A DNA stretch of 64,000 nt from Chloroflexota bacterium (GTDB lineage: Bacteria; Chloroflexota; Limnocylindria; P2-11E; CF-107): positions 54,215 through 118,214 of the forward strand of contig VBHP01000033.1 of assembly GCA_005881435.1 (NCBI GenBank), given 5' to 3'. Both the position numbers and the translations under genes were made by a program. The notes beneath the pieces were generated by a model that worked only from the letters and a program-made list of their open reading frames with translations, had not been told where the DNA came from and searched no databases. Shown piece by piece: positions 39,697-49,304 of the stretch. Numbering within the stretch: the first letter of the stretch is position 1; each line of letters starts with the position of its first letter.

Positions 39697-41400
39697 CTAG
39701 TGCGTCTGCCGCTTCGCCTTGTCCTCGTCCGCGAGCTGACGCCGCAGGATCTTGCCGATGAGCGATTTCGGCAGCTCGCTGCGGAACTCGACCACGTGCG
39801 GGACCTTGTAGCCGGTGAGTTGTCCGCGGCAGTGCGCGATGAGCTCCTCGGCCGTCGCGGTCTGGCCCGGCTTCAACACCACGAAGGCCTTCACGACTTC
39901 GCCTCGCTGGGCGTCCGGAGTGCCGATGGCCGCAGCCTCCATCACAGCCGGGTGCGAGTACAGAACCTCCTCGACCTCGCGCGGATACACGTTGAATCCG
40001 GAGACGATGATCATCTCCTTCTTCCGCTCCACGATGGTGAAGTAGCCGTCCTCGTCCATCGTGGCCACGTCGCCGGTGACGAGCCAGCCGTCGCGCAACG
40101 TGAGGTCGGTCTCGTCAGGACGCTGCCAGTAGCCGTCCATGAGGTTCGGCCCGCGGACGAGCAGCTCCCCGCGCTCGCCCATCCCGACCTCGCGCGTACC
40201 GGTCTCGAGGTCCACGATCTTGGCGTCGACGTCCGGGAACGGGATCCCGACCGTGCCGATCTTGCAGAAACCGTTGATCGGATTCGCGTGTGTGACCGGG
40301 CCGGCCTCGGTGAGGCCGTAGCCCTCGACGATCTTTCCCCCGTGCGTGAGCTTCTCGAACGTCGTCGCGACCTCCAGCGGCAGCGGCGCCGACCCGGACA
40401 TGCACGCCCGGATCGAGCGAAGGTCGTACTTCTTCGTGAGCGGAGAGTTGTTCAACGCCACGTAGACACGCGGCGCTCCCGGAAAGTGCTGGGGCTTGTG
40501 CTTCTGGATCGCCTTCAGCATGTCTACGAGGTTGAATTGCGGGATGAGCACCATCGTGTACGCGCCGGCGATGGCCTGATTCATCAGCACGGTCAGGCCG
40601 TACGAATGGAAGAAGGGCATGAACGCGAGCGTGACCAGCCCCGGCTCGCTCCCAGGGAACCAAGCCTCACATTGCAGCGCGTTCGCGACGAGCGCGTGGT
40701 GCGACAGGATCGCGAACTTCGGTGTGCCGGTGGTGCCGCCGGTCGCGAGCAGGGCGGCGACGTCGGCGCTGGCCGTGGGCACGGCCGTGGGCTTCGGCGC
40801 CACCCGAAGCATGTCGGCGAACGCCGTGACCCGGTCGTCGCCGCTCGTGTCGGCGCGATGACCATCCTTCTTCTCACGCGCCAGCGTGAACAGCGTCCGC
40901 AGCATGGCCGGCATGTATTCCTTGATGTTCGTGATGACGACGTGACGGACCGTTGGCGTCTGCGCCGCAATGGCCTTCACCACGGGATACATCCGCGAGA
41001 GCACGACCGCGACGCTCGCGTCGGTGGCGTTGAACTGGTGCGCCATCTCCCGCGGCGTGTACAGCGGATTCGTCGGCACGACGATGGCACCGGCGCGCAG
41101 GGCGCCGTAGAAGGCGATGACGTACTGCGGCGAGTTCGGCAGCACCAGCGCGACGCGGTCGCCCTTCTTCACGCCGAGCGACTGCAGCCCCGCGGCGAAC
41201 CGATCCGCCAGATCGGAGAGCTCGCGGTACGTCAGCGTGGCGTTGAAGAAGATCGTCGCGGTGACGTCGGGATGTTCGGCCGCGGATCTGTCGAGGAACG
41301 TCTGGAGCGCGAGGTCGGGATAGGTGAGCGTATGCGGCACGCCTTGGTCGTAGAACTTGAGCCACGGACGCTTGGTCTGCGGAGCGCTCGTGACCGCCAT
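39697..41400 (-). CDS. Long-chain fatty-acid-CoA ligase (AMP-binding, FadD-like)
   Basis: 567 aa from ATG 41400. AMP-binding motif TGGTTGTPKFA, plus YGLTE and the C-terminal GWLVTGD...KILRR region. Confidence 0.85.
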   Translation of the reverse strand: MAVTSAPQTKRPWLKFYDQGVPHTLTYPDLALQTFLDRSAAEHPDVTATIFFNATLTYRELSDLADRFAAGLQSLGVKKGDRVALVLPNSPQYVIAFYGALRAGAIVVPTNPLYTPREMAHQFNATDASVAVVLSRMYPVVKAIAAQTPTVRHVVITNIKEYMPAMLRTLFTLAREKKDGHRADTSGDDRVTAFADMLRVAPKPTAVPTASADVAALLATGGTTGTPKFAILSHHALVANALQCEAWFPGSEPGLVTLAFMPFFHSYGLTVLMNQAIAGAYTMVLIPQFNLVDMLKAIQKHKPQHFPGAPRVYVALNNSPLTKKYDLRSIRACMSGSAPLPLEVATTFEKLTHGGKIVEGYGLTEAGPVTHANPINGFCKIGTVGIPFPDVDAKIVDLETGTREVGMGERGELLVRGPNLMDGYWQRPDETDLTLRDGWLVTGDVATMDEDGYFTIVERKKEMIIVSGFNVYPREVEEVLYSHPAVMEAAAIGTPDAQRGEVVKAFVVLKPGQTATAEELIAHCRGQLTGYKVPHVVEFRSELPKSLIGKILRRQLADEDKAKRQTH

Positions 41401-41475
41401 GCTTCGTTCCTCCTGCTCTTTCCCCCGCTCCACTCCAACGATACGGCGTGCGCAAAGCGGGCAGAATCGCCCGGT

Positions 41476-42208
41476 GGCGCGAATTCTCGGCGTCTTCGCA
41501 CATCCCGATGACGAGTCCTTCAGCTTCGCCGGGACAGCGATGAAGCTCCTGGAGCGCGGTCACGAAGCCGGTCTGGTGACGCTCACGCGCGGTGACAAGG
41601 GACGCTGGTACGGAAAGCGTCCGCTGTACTCGTGGGATTCGCGGGCACTGGCGCGCGAACGCGCGAAGGAATGGCGCGGCGCCGTCGCGACGATCGGTCT
41701 CGGGCGCGCCTGGCTGCTGCGCTGGCCGGATCAGGGCGTGTCCGGCGCTCCGGTCGATCGCATCACCATGCAGCTGACCCGCATCTACCGGGAGTTCCGG
41801 CCCGATGCGGTCATCACCTTCGGACCTGAGGGCGCGGGCAGCGAGCATGACGATCACGCCGGAACCTCGCGCCACGCCACACGCGCGTTCCGCTGGGCCG
41901 CTGATCCCTCGATCCGCACGCCTGGACACCGCTCGCACCATTCACGCTGGCTGCTCTACACCACGGCGCCCGAGGCCGGCCGCGTCATGCGCGGGCGTCG
42001 ACCGGCGGGCTACCTCACGCCAACGCATGCGGTCGACGTCTCGCCATACCTGGCGCGCAAGGCCGCCGTGTTCGAGCAGCACCGTACCCAGTTCAAGGAC
42101 CGCCCCTTCTTCCAGTGGCTACTTCGCGCCCGCGGCGGCAAGGAATACTTCCATCTGGCCATCGACACGCAGCGCCCACCGGCCCGGGAGCTCACCTTCC
42201 TGCGATGA
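41476..42208 (+). CDS. PIG-L family deacetylase (LmbE-like)
   Basis: GVFAHPDDES signature and downstream His/Asp metal site (EHDDH). Start approximate (GTG about 41476). Confidence 0.7.
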
Positions 42209-42984
42209 ATCCGCTCGTGACGCTGCCCCTCGTCCTGTTCGTCGTGCTTCTCGAGCTCGCGATCGGGGGCGTCATCGCGATGGTCCTGCTCGAACGCAGC
42301 ACCGACACGCCGCTCGGCTTCCTGCGTCTCGCGGCCGTCGTCGACATCGCGGCCGCGGCGTTCGCCGCGCTGATCGCGTCCGCGCTCCCGCCCGAGGCCG
42401 AGATCGCCGCACGTCTGTCGTACGCCGTGGCGGCGCTGTTGGCTCTGACGTTCGTCGCCACGCTCGCGCCGTGGCGGCGTGTGCGCCAGGCCGTCGAAGG
42501 CGTCACGGCTCTGGCCGGCATTGCCCTTCTCGTTGCGGCGTCGACGGCGCGGCCCGGTGGCGCTCCGAGCCAATACGACGTGCTCGCGCTCGCGGCGCTG
42601 CCGCTTGGCGCGCTCGCGCTGGGCGGCGTCGACGCGGCAATGCTCTTAGGGCACTGGTATCTGGTCACGCCAAAGCTCTCGCCGCGCCCGCTCCAGACCG
42701 CCGCGCTGATGTTCGTCGCCGCCTTGCTGCTGCAGGCCGTGCTGCTCGTACTCGCGTATTCGCGCGGCTTCGTCGCGATCGCCTGGGACACCAACGCCGC
42801 GGCGACCGCGCTGCGGATCTTCGTCGGCATCGCCGCGCCGCTGCCGATCGCGTTCGCGGCCTGGTGGACGGCTCGACTGAACACGCAGTCGTCCACCGGC
42901 CTGCTGTACGTCGCGCTGGGCATGGTCCTCGCTGGCGAGATCATGGCGCGGATGCTGTTCTACGTCGCCGGCGTGCCGATCTGA
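42205..42984 (+). CDS. Polytopic integral membrane protein (about 8 TM)
   Basis: 260 aa from ATG 42205 (MNPLVTLPLVLFVVLLELAIGGV...). ATGA overlap with PIG-L stop. Confidence 0.55.
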   Translation: MNPLVTLPLVLFVVLLELAIGGVIAMVLLERSTDTPLGFLRLAAVVDIAAAAFAALIASALPPEAEIAARLSYAVAALLALTFVATLAPWRRVRQAVEGVTALAGIALLVAASTARPGGAPSQYDVLALAALPLGALALGGVDAAMLLGHWYLVTPKLSPRPLQTAALMFVAALLLQAVLLVLAYSRGFVAIAWDTNAAATALRIFVGIAAPLPIAFAAWWTARLNTQSSTGLLYVALGMVLAGEIMARMLFYVAGVPI

Positions 42985-43158
42985 GGGCTGGCACGCACAC
43001 TGCACCACCGCGATCCACGATGTGGCGGCGGAAAGTCTTCCTCGGAGTCCAGCCGATCGCACATGAGGGCGGCTTCGAGCTCAGGATCCCGGTACGTGGC
43101 TATCAGGTCCGTCTCGAGCGCGTGAACGTGGTCTACGACGAGGTCCGCGCGCCGCAGG

Positions 43159-43935
43159 TCAAACCGAGCGCTCCTCGTCCGAAGCACTCCCGCCGCGCCT
43201 GAGGCGCGCCCCGACGCGTCGTAGCAGATCGCGCACAGCGTCGACGAGGGGGTCGCCTTGCCGCTCGCGGACCGCATCGGTTCGATCCGGATCCTCGACC
43301 GCGACGCGCTCGCGCCACAGGACATCCTCGAAGGTGCGGCGCTCTAGCACTGAGATGCGCTTCACCCGCAGCTTCTCCTTGAGGAACAGCTGCTTCGACA
43401 CGACCACCCGCTCCTCGTAAATTGGCACGACGAGCTCGCCATTCTCGTACCACGGCGCGACTTTCGCCGCGACGGCTTCGTTGACCGGTACGTGCTCGAG
43501 CTCGATCTCTTCCCGCTCACCCTCGACCTCGACGCTCGCCGGTACCTCCTCCATCTCGGTACGAACGACGATCGTTCCGAGATCGCGGGGCTCCACGCGC
43601 GCGACGAGGTCCTCGCGGTGCAGCGCGACCGGCGGTGCCGGCTCGGACCGTGCCGCCTCGGCCTCGATGCGCTGCGTGGGCGAGCGCTCTGGCGCGGCGC
43701 CCGGCGTGAAGCGTTTGGCGTCTTCGATCGTGGTCCGCAGCCAGATCGTGCCGTCGTCGTCGACCTCGTGTACCAGACCGAGCGGCACGATGATGACCCG
43801 CGACGAGGCCTCCTCGCGTACCCGCAGGTGCAGCGGCGCGCCGTTATCGTCGCGTTCGACGCGCTGGATCGTGCCGAGCGGCCCGTCGCGGCATTCGACG
43901 CGCGAGCCGCCATGGATGTCGGTCACGCGGTTCAT
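43159..43935 (-). CDS. PRC-barrel plus DUF2382 (YsnF/AvaK-like) stress-response protein
   Basis: 258 aa from ATG 43935. N-terminal PRC-barrel-like segment, Glu-rich linker, and C-terminal EERVVVSKQLFLKEKLRVKRISVLERRTFEDVLWRERVAVE matching the DUF2382 repeat. Confidence 0.6.
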   Translation of the reverse strand: MNRVTDIHGGSRVECRDGPLGTIQRVERDDNGAPLHLRVREEASSRVIIVPLGLVHEVDDDGTIWLRTTIEDAKRFTPGAAPERSPTQRIEAEAARSEPAPPVALHREDLVARVEPRDLGTIVVRTEMEEVPASVEVEGEREEIELEHVPVNEAVAAKVAPWYENGELVVPIYEERVVVSKQLFLKEKLRVKRISVLERRTFEDVLWRERVAVEDPDRTDAVRERQGDPLVDAVRDLLRRVGARLRRGGSASDEERSV

Positions 43936-43956
43936 GGCGCGAGCAGATGCGGCAAC

Positions 43957-44565
43957 ATGTGTGCCATGCCACCGCTCGGCCCGATAGTGCTCGAGGGCAC
44001 GCACGTACGGCTCGAGCCGCTACTTCCTGAGCATGCGCATGGACTCCACGCCGCGACGGAGAGTGACGACATCTGGACGTGGCTGTCGTACGACCTGCGC
44101 GATCCGGAGCGTCTCGAGCGCTGGATGCGCGACGCGTTCGAGGCACGCGACCGCAGTGAAGAGGTGCCGTTCGTGGTGCTGCTGCGCGCGACCGGCGAGG
44201 TCATCGGGAGCACGCGATACATGGACATCCGGCAAAGGTTCAGAGGTGTCGAGATCGGATGGACGTGGTACCGACGCGATACGTGGGGCGGCCCAGTGAA
44301 TCCGGAATGCAAGTACCTGCTGCTCCGTCATGCCTTTGACGACTGGGGCGCGATTCGCGTGTGCCTGAAGACGGACGTCAAGAACGTCCACTCGCAGCAC
44401 GCGATCAAGAAGCTTGGCGCGAAGTACGAGGGCACCCTGCGCAACCACACCATCCGTCGCGACGGCACCTTCCGCGACAGCGTGTATTTCTCGATCATCG
44501 ACACCGAGTGGCCGGCGGTGAAGCGGGGCCTGGAGGACCGCCTCGCCCGGGCAGTGACGCGCTAG
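43957..44565 (+). CDS. GNAT family N-acetyltransferase (RimJ/RimL-like)
   Basis: About 202 aa. Acetyltransf_3-like core (IGSTRYMDI...EIGWTWYRRDTWGG...NVHSQHAIKKLGAKYEG). Confidence 0.7.
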   Translation: MCAMPPLGPIVLEGTHVRLEPLLPEHAHGLHAATESDDIWTWLSYDLRDPERLERWMRDAFEARDRSEEVPFVVLLRATGEVIGSTRYMDIRQRFRGVEIGWTWYRRDTWGGPVNPECKYLLLRHAFDDWGAIRVCLKTDVKNVHSQHAIKKLGAKYEGTLRNHTIRRDGTFRDSVYFSIIDTEWPAVKRGLEDRLARAVTR

Positions 44566-45038
44566 CCCGCGAGACCCAGTTGCCCGATTGCTCCCGGCAC
44601 CTGCCGGGCGATCTCGGCGGCGTCGAAGTACACCCGTTCGCCGACGAACTTGCCCTCACGCACCGGAAAGAAGATCACGACCTTGAAGCGGATGGGCTTG
44701 CCCGAAGGCGGAAAACCAAACAGCGTCCCGGACATCGTCCCGTAGACCTCGGACTGTTCGACGATGCAATCGTCGGCGTCGATGCGATTGAGCAGGTCCA
44801 GCTTCACGTCGGGGATACCTTCCCAGAGGCCGCGGTAGAAGTTCCGCACTTCCTTCTTGCCGGTGAACACCAGCCCGCTCGGCACCACCTCGTAGACGCA
44901 CTCGTCGTGCAGCGTCCCGATCAAACGCTCGAGCTCGCGACGGTTCTCCGCTACGGCGTGCTCGAGCCAGAGCTTGTGATTCGCGCGTGCCGCCTCGCTT
45001 GACGCGGTCGACGTGAACGGACTCGTTTTCGGCATCAT
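44562..45038 (-). CDS. SnoaL-like/NTF2-like (ester-cyclase family) protein
   Basis: 158 aa. Alpha+beta cone fold signature (ECVYEVVPSG...FRFKVVIFFPVREGKFVGERVYFD). Confidence 0.6.
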   Translation of the reverse strand: MMPKTSPFTSTASSEAARANHKLWLEHAVAENRRELERLIGTLHDECVYEVVPSGLVFTGKKEVRNFYRGLWEGIPDVKLDLLNRIDADDCIVEQSEVYGTMSGTLFGFPPSGKPIRFKVVIFFPVREGKFVGERVYFDAAEIARQVPGAIGQLGLAG

Positions 45039-45186
45039 CGCGACGAGAGTCTAGGGCGCTGCGTGTCGTTGGAGCCCGGGACCCGTGCCGCGCGCGCGAC
45101 GCGTCCGTACCGTCGAACACCTCGACGGGATAAACCCTCCACCGCTCGAAGAGGGCCGCGCCACGTGCGCGACCCTCTTCACTTTG

Positions 45187-47025
45187 TTATTGCTTCGGTG
45201 GAGCCGGAGGCTGGGCAGCGGCCGCCTGGGCTACGGCCGGGATCGCCGTGTGCTGCTCTTCGCCCAGTTGCTCGAACGGTCGCGACAGCACCAGCGGCCT
45301 GCGCTCGAACGTCTTCGCCCCATCCGGGTGCGACAGCTCCGCGTAGCGGAAGACGTCGTCGAGCTCGCTGCCGATGAGCTCCTCGCGCTCGAGCAGCGCG
45401 TTCGCCACGGCGTGCACGACGAAGTCCTTGTCGCGCACGAGCCGCTTCGTCTCCTCGAACAGCTGCCGTAGGAGCTCGTCGGCGGTTTTCAACACCGGCA
45501 TCGGCACACCGCCCATCGGGCTGTTTGGGATCGCGAGCAGCGTCGGGCCCATGCCGAGGTTCGAGATGTACGTCATCGCGAGCGACGTCGCGGTCTGCAG
45601 GTCGCTGTGCGCACCGGCCATCTTCGTGTCCAGGAACAGCTCCTCGACCGCACGCGAGCCGAGCGCGACCATGATCGAACCCTCGATCTCGCGGGCATGC
45701 GTCGCATAACGCTCTTCTTTGTTCTCACGCATGACCACACCGAGCGCGTCACCCATGCGGATGATCGAGGCCTTTTGGATGCGCTGTTCGGTCATGATGT
45801 AGTGCGCGACGACGGCGTGCCCGGCCTCGTGGTACGCGATGGCGCGGCGCTCGTCGGGACGCATCTTGCGGATCGGCTGCTTCAAGCCGAGCTCGCGCGA
45901 ATCACGGGCGTGGAGCCAATCCTTGTAGGTGAGAGCGTCGCGGCCCTGGTCGTGGGCGATGATGAGCGCCTCGTTGATGATCGTTTTGATCATGACCGGG
46001 GTCCAACCGACGGAGTCCTGGACCATCAGGTCCATCGGCATCTCCGGATCGTGCGCCTTCTGCGACAGGTAGTGCTCGATGATGTCGCGGCGACCCTCGC
46101 CGTCAGGCGGATAGACGTTGATGCGGCGGTCGAGCCGTCCCGGGCGCACCAGTGCGGGGTCGAGGACGTCGGGCCGGTTGGTCGCGCCGATGACGAAGAC
46201 CACCGGCTTCGGGGCGATCGTGCCGCGCACCACGCCGAGCCAGCGGAGCATCTTCTGGCTCATCCGGTCCTCGACGTGCTGACCGAGCGAGTCCATCTGG
46301 TTGAGGATCGTGTTCAGCGCGAAGCCGCCCATACCGAACATGCCGCCCATGACGCCGGCCTGCTGCTGTCCGCCGGGCATGCCACCCCGCGACATACCGA
46401 TGGAGTCGAGCTCGTCCATGAACAGGATGCAGGCGCCGCGCCCGGACGGCCCGGAGAACTTGCGACCGAGCTTTCGCGCCTTGCCGAATAGCGACATGAC
46501 GATGAGCGCATCCACGCCCATCCACATCGAGCGCAAGGACGACGCATCGACGTAGATGAAGGGGATCCCCGCTTCGGCGGCGATGACACCCGCAAGGAAG
46601 GTCTTCCCCGTGCCCGGGAGGCCCGACAACAGCATGCCCTTCGGCATCTCGCCGCCGAGCTGCTCGAAGTGCTGCGCGCCCTTGAGGATGTTGACGGTCG
46701 ACTTCGCGTGGTCCAGGAGGTCGGGCTGCCCGCGGTAGCTCTCGAAAGACAGGCCGATCTGCGGATCGTCGGGCGTCACGGTATAGGTGCGCGGCCGCGA
46801 CAGGAACCACATCAGCACGCCGAACTGCGCGATCAGGGCGAACGCCGAGAACAGCAGCCCGATGACCAGCGAGGGCAGCGCCCCGATGATGTCGACGATG
46901 CCGGCGAGGAAGTCGCGCACGCTTCCGGCGAAGAAGATCCACAGCGAGATGACGCCGAACAGGACCACCAGCCGGAACCGGTTGTGCCAGATGACGTACG
47001 CGAACGTCTCGAGGAATCTAGCCAT
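45187..47025 (-). CDS. FtsH-family AAA+ zinc metalloprotease, atypical
   Basis: 612 aa. Two N-terminal TM helices with no periplasmic domain between them. Walker A GLPGTGKT, Walker B ILFMDELD, Gly/Met-rich insertion (GGMPGGQQQAGVMGGMFGMGG), SRH (GATNRPDVLDPALVRPGRLDR) and M41 zinc site HEAGHAVVAH. Confidence 0.8.
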   Translation of the reverse strand: MARFLETFAYVIWHNRFRLVVLFGVISLWIFFAGSVRDFLAGIVDIIGALPSLVIGLLFSAFALIAQFGVLMWFLSRPRTYTVTPDDPQIGLSFESYRGQPDLLDHAKSTVNILKGAQHFEQLGGEMPKGMLLSGLPGTGKTFLAGVIAAEAGIPFIYVDASSLRSMWMGVDALIVMSLFGKARKLGRKFSGPSGRGACILFMDELDSIGMSRGGMPGGQQQAGVMGGMFGMGGFALNTILNQMDSLGQHVEDRMSQKMLRWLGVVRGTIAPKPVVFVIGATNRPDVLDPALVRPGRLDRRINVYPPDGEGRRDIIEHYLSQKAHDPEMPMDLMVQDSVGWTPVMIKTIINEALIIAHDQGRDALTYKDWLHARDSRELGLKQPIRKMRPDERRAIAYHEAGHAVVAHYIMTEQRIQKASIIRMGDALGVVMRENKEERYATHAREIEGSIMVALGSRAVEELFLDTKMAGAHSDLQTATSLAMTYISNLGMGPTLLAIPNSPMGGVPMPVLKTADELLRQLFEETKRLVRDKDFVVHAVANALLEREELIGSELDDVFRYAELSHPDGAKTFERRPLVLSRPFEQLGEEQHTAIPAVAQAAAAQPPAPPKQ

Positions 47026-47411
47026 CAGTTCACGCCTACCACTTCACCATGCTGTACCGAGAGCACGAAGCCACGGATGATCTTATTCCCCTGCTGGTCA
47101 CGACCCCTCACCACATAGGCGGACAGCGTCATGCCGTTGCGATCCGCTGCGCCCAGCCACTTGACGTCGGAGACGGAGATGATCGGATCGAGCGAGGAGT
47201 GCAGCTTGTTCAGCAGATCCTGATTCGAGACCAGGCGGGAGAGCGCCCGCGCGTCGTCCGTCCGAATCGCGGTCGCGACGTCGGCGGAGCTCTGCGGCTC
47301 GGCTGCGGGCGGCAGCGAGGCGTACGGGTTCTGCGCCGGCGCCGCTGAAGTCAGCCACTGCGTCCCGGCACCGATGATGATCCCGGCGGCGAAGAGGAAC
47401 AGCGTCGCCAT
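47025..47411 (-). CDS. Small signal-anchored hypothetical protein (paralogue 1)
   Basis: About 128 aa from ATG 47411 (MATLFLFAAGIIIGAGTQW, N-terminal TM). C-terminal region similar to the next gene. Stop overlaps the ftsH-like start. Confidence 0.5.
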   Translation of the reverse strand: MATLFLFAAGIIIGAGTQWLTSAAPAQNPYASLPPAAEPQSSADVATAIRTDDARALSRLVSNQDLLNKLHSSLDPIISVSDVKWLGAADRNGMTLSAYVVRGRDQQGNKIIRGFVLSVQHGEVVGVN

Positions 47412-47421
47412 GGCCCGCGGG

Positions 47422-47820
47422 CTATTCAACCAGGACGACCTTGCCGTTCATCAGCGTCAGCGCGAACGGCCAGAACACAGTGTCGGCGCCGACGCGCATC
47501 TCGACGGCGTAGACGTCGACCTGAAGCTTCCCCTCGGTGGCTCCGCCAAGGAAGGTTAGCGAGAGCGGATCGACCTGCGCCTGCTGCATGGCGCTCTGGA
47601 CCCGGACCGCGCGCTGCGCGACGTCGCGGCTGGCGGAGACCCCGGAGAGTGCCTCGGGATCCTGTTTCAGCGAAGCAAGCATGTAGGCGCGAGCCTGCGG
47701 TGACTCCGAACCGCTGCCGGAGACCCCGGCGTTCCACAGCGGCGCCGTCACAGCCGCCAGGACATACCCCACCAGCGCGCCGGCGACGACGATCGTCAGG
47801 ACGTCGCGAATCGCCCGCAT
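47422..47820 (-). CDS. Small signal-anchored hypothetical protein (paralogue 2)
   Basis: 132 aa. N-terminal TM (VLTIVVAGALVGYVLAAV) and C-terminal beta-rich region resembling the adjacent gene. Confidence 0.5.
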   Translation of the reverse strand: MRAIRDVLTIVVAGALVGYVLAAVTAPLWNAGVSGSGSESPQARAYMLASLKQDPEALSGVSASRDVAQRAVRVQSAMQQAQVDPLSLTFLGGATEGKLQVDVYAVEMRVGADTVFWPFALTLMNGKVVLVE

Positions 47821-47881
47821 AGAGAGAGGCTACCAGCCGTGGAGCGCCCCCAAGCATGAATTCGGTCTAAACTCGCCGGCC

Positions 47882-48436
47882 GTGAAGCGGCTGGCGGCGC
47901 TCGTCGCGGCCCTCCTGATCACCGCCTGCGGCTACAGCGTCGCCCAGACGGGTTCCCCCTCCGATCCGTACTTCGACGCTCCGACGGCGATCAAGGCCGG
48001 GGCCGGTCTCCTCGATAGCAAAGGCAGCCCGGTGGGATTCGCCAGCTTCAGCGATACCCGTCTCGGCGTGCTCGTCGACCTCAAGGTCGTCGGTCTACCG
48101 AAGGGTGCGCACGGCGTGCACATCCACGCCGTCGGGAAATGCGATCGGCCGGATTTCGCGACCGCCGGCGCGCACTTCAACCCGAGCAACGCGCAGCACG
48201 GGCTGCACAACCTTAAGGGTCCGCACGCCGGAGATCTGCCGAACCTCGTCGTCGGTGACGACGGCAGCGGCAGCCTGCGCTACGTCGATCCGCTGATCTC
48301 GCTCGAGTCCGGAGCGTCGAACTCGATCCTCGGGCTGTCGCTGGTGGTGCACGCGAACGTGGACGACGAAGTGACCGACCCCAGCGGGAACAGCGGGGGC
48401 CGCATTGCCTGCGGTCTGATCGCCAAGCCGACGTAG
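47882..48436 (+). CDS. sodC: Copper/zinc superoxide dismutase lipoprotein
   Basis: 184 aa. Lipobox LITAC. Cu/Zn-SOD signatures HGVHIHAVGKC, GAHFNP, GDLPNL, HANVDD and GNSGGRIACGLI. Confidence 0.9.
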   Translation: MKRLAALVAALLITACGYSVAQTGSPSDPYFDAPTAIKAGAGLLDSKGSPVGFASFSDTRLGVLVDLKVVGLPKGAHGVHIHAVGKCDRPDFATAGAHFNPSNAQHGLHNLKGPHAGDLPNLVVGDDGSGSLRYVDPLISLESGASNSILGLSLVVHANVDDEVTDPSGNSGGRIACGLIAKPT

Positions 48437-49183
48437 TTACCGCGCCAGTCCGAGGATCAGCAGGCCAGCGAGAAGCAGCGCCACGCCCGCGACCTGATTC
48501 GGGGCGATGCGCTCGCGCAGCACGGTGACGCCGAGGATGAACGGGATGAGCGGATACGCCGATGACGCCGTGGCGACGATCGAGGCGTACCCGAGCGTGG
48601 CGCCGTAGCCGTAGGCGAGGTTGCCGCCGGTATCGAGCACGCCGATGAGCACGATGGCGCCGAGCGCGACACGGGGCGCGAGCGCCGACGCGCCGCGTGC
48701 GGCGGCGAACGCGACGAGCAGGGCGGTCGTGCCGGCGCGCAGCAGCAGCACCATCGGCAACGTCCCGTAGGAGCGCGACACCGTCGCGAGGAGGAAGCCC
48801 AGGACGCCGAAGCCGACCATGGTCAGGAGCGCGAGGCGCACGCCGAGGCTCGGGCGTCCAAGGGTCTCGCGCACGACGCGGAGATCGGTCGAGGCCAGCG
48901 CGATCCCGGCGATGGTCGCGGCGATGCCGCCGAGCTGCGCTGTCGAGAGCCGTTCACCCAGAAGCGTGACGGCCAGCACCACCGTGACCGCCGCGTTCGC
49001 CGCGACGACGGGGCTGACGATCGCGATCGGGCCGAGGGCCAGCGCGCGATACAGGGCCGCGAGCATCACCGCGCCAAGCGCGCCCATGCCGAGGGCGATG
49101 GCGATCGACTCGAGCGTCAGCGGCGGCACCTGTCCGAGCGTCGCCGCGGCAAGCGCCACGAGTACGAACGAGCTCGCCTGCAT
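48437..49183 (-). CDS. EamA/DMT-family transporter
   Basis: 248 aa, about 8-10 TM helices with a duplicated EamA-like pattern. N-terminus may extend further. Confidence 0.7.
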   Translation of the reverse strand: MQASSFVLVALAAATLGQVPPLTLESIAIALGMGALGAVMLAALYRALALGPIAIVSPVVAANAAVTVVLAVTLLGERLSTAQLGGIAATIAGIALASTDLRVVRETLGRPSLGVRLALLTMVGFGVLGFLLATVSRSYGTLPMVLLLRAGTTALLVAFAAARGASALAPRVALGAIVLIGVLDTGGNLAYGYGATLGYASIVATASSAYPLIPFILGVTVLRERIAPNQVAGVALLLAGLLILGLAR

Positions 49184-49304
49184 GCCGAGGCTCGTGCGCA
49201 GCGTGCCGATCCGCCGCGTGCTGAGCGCGGCGAGATAATCGGCGACACCCCAGCCGACGGCGGCGACGAGACCGAGGAGCAGCGGGCTCAGCGGACGCGC
49301 GCGC

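Noticed and set aside
39577-41511. 644-aa plus-strand ORF
   Set aside because: Antisense to the FadD-like AMP-binding gene.
41805-43202. 465-aa Arg-rich plus-strand ORF
   Set aside because: Off-frame overlap of the PIG-L and membrane-protein genes; low-complexity Arg/Ala.
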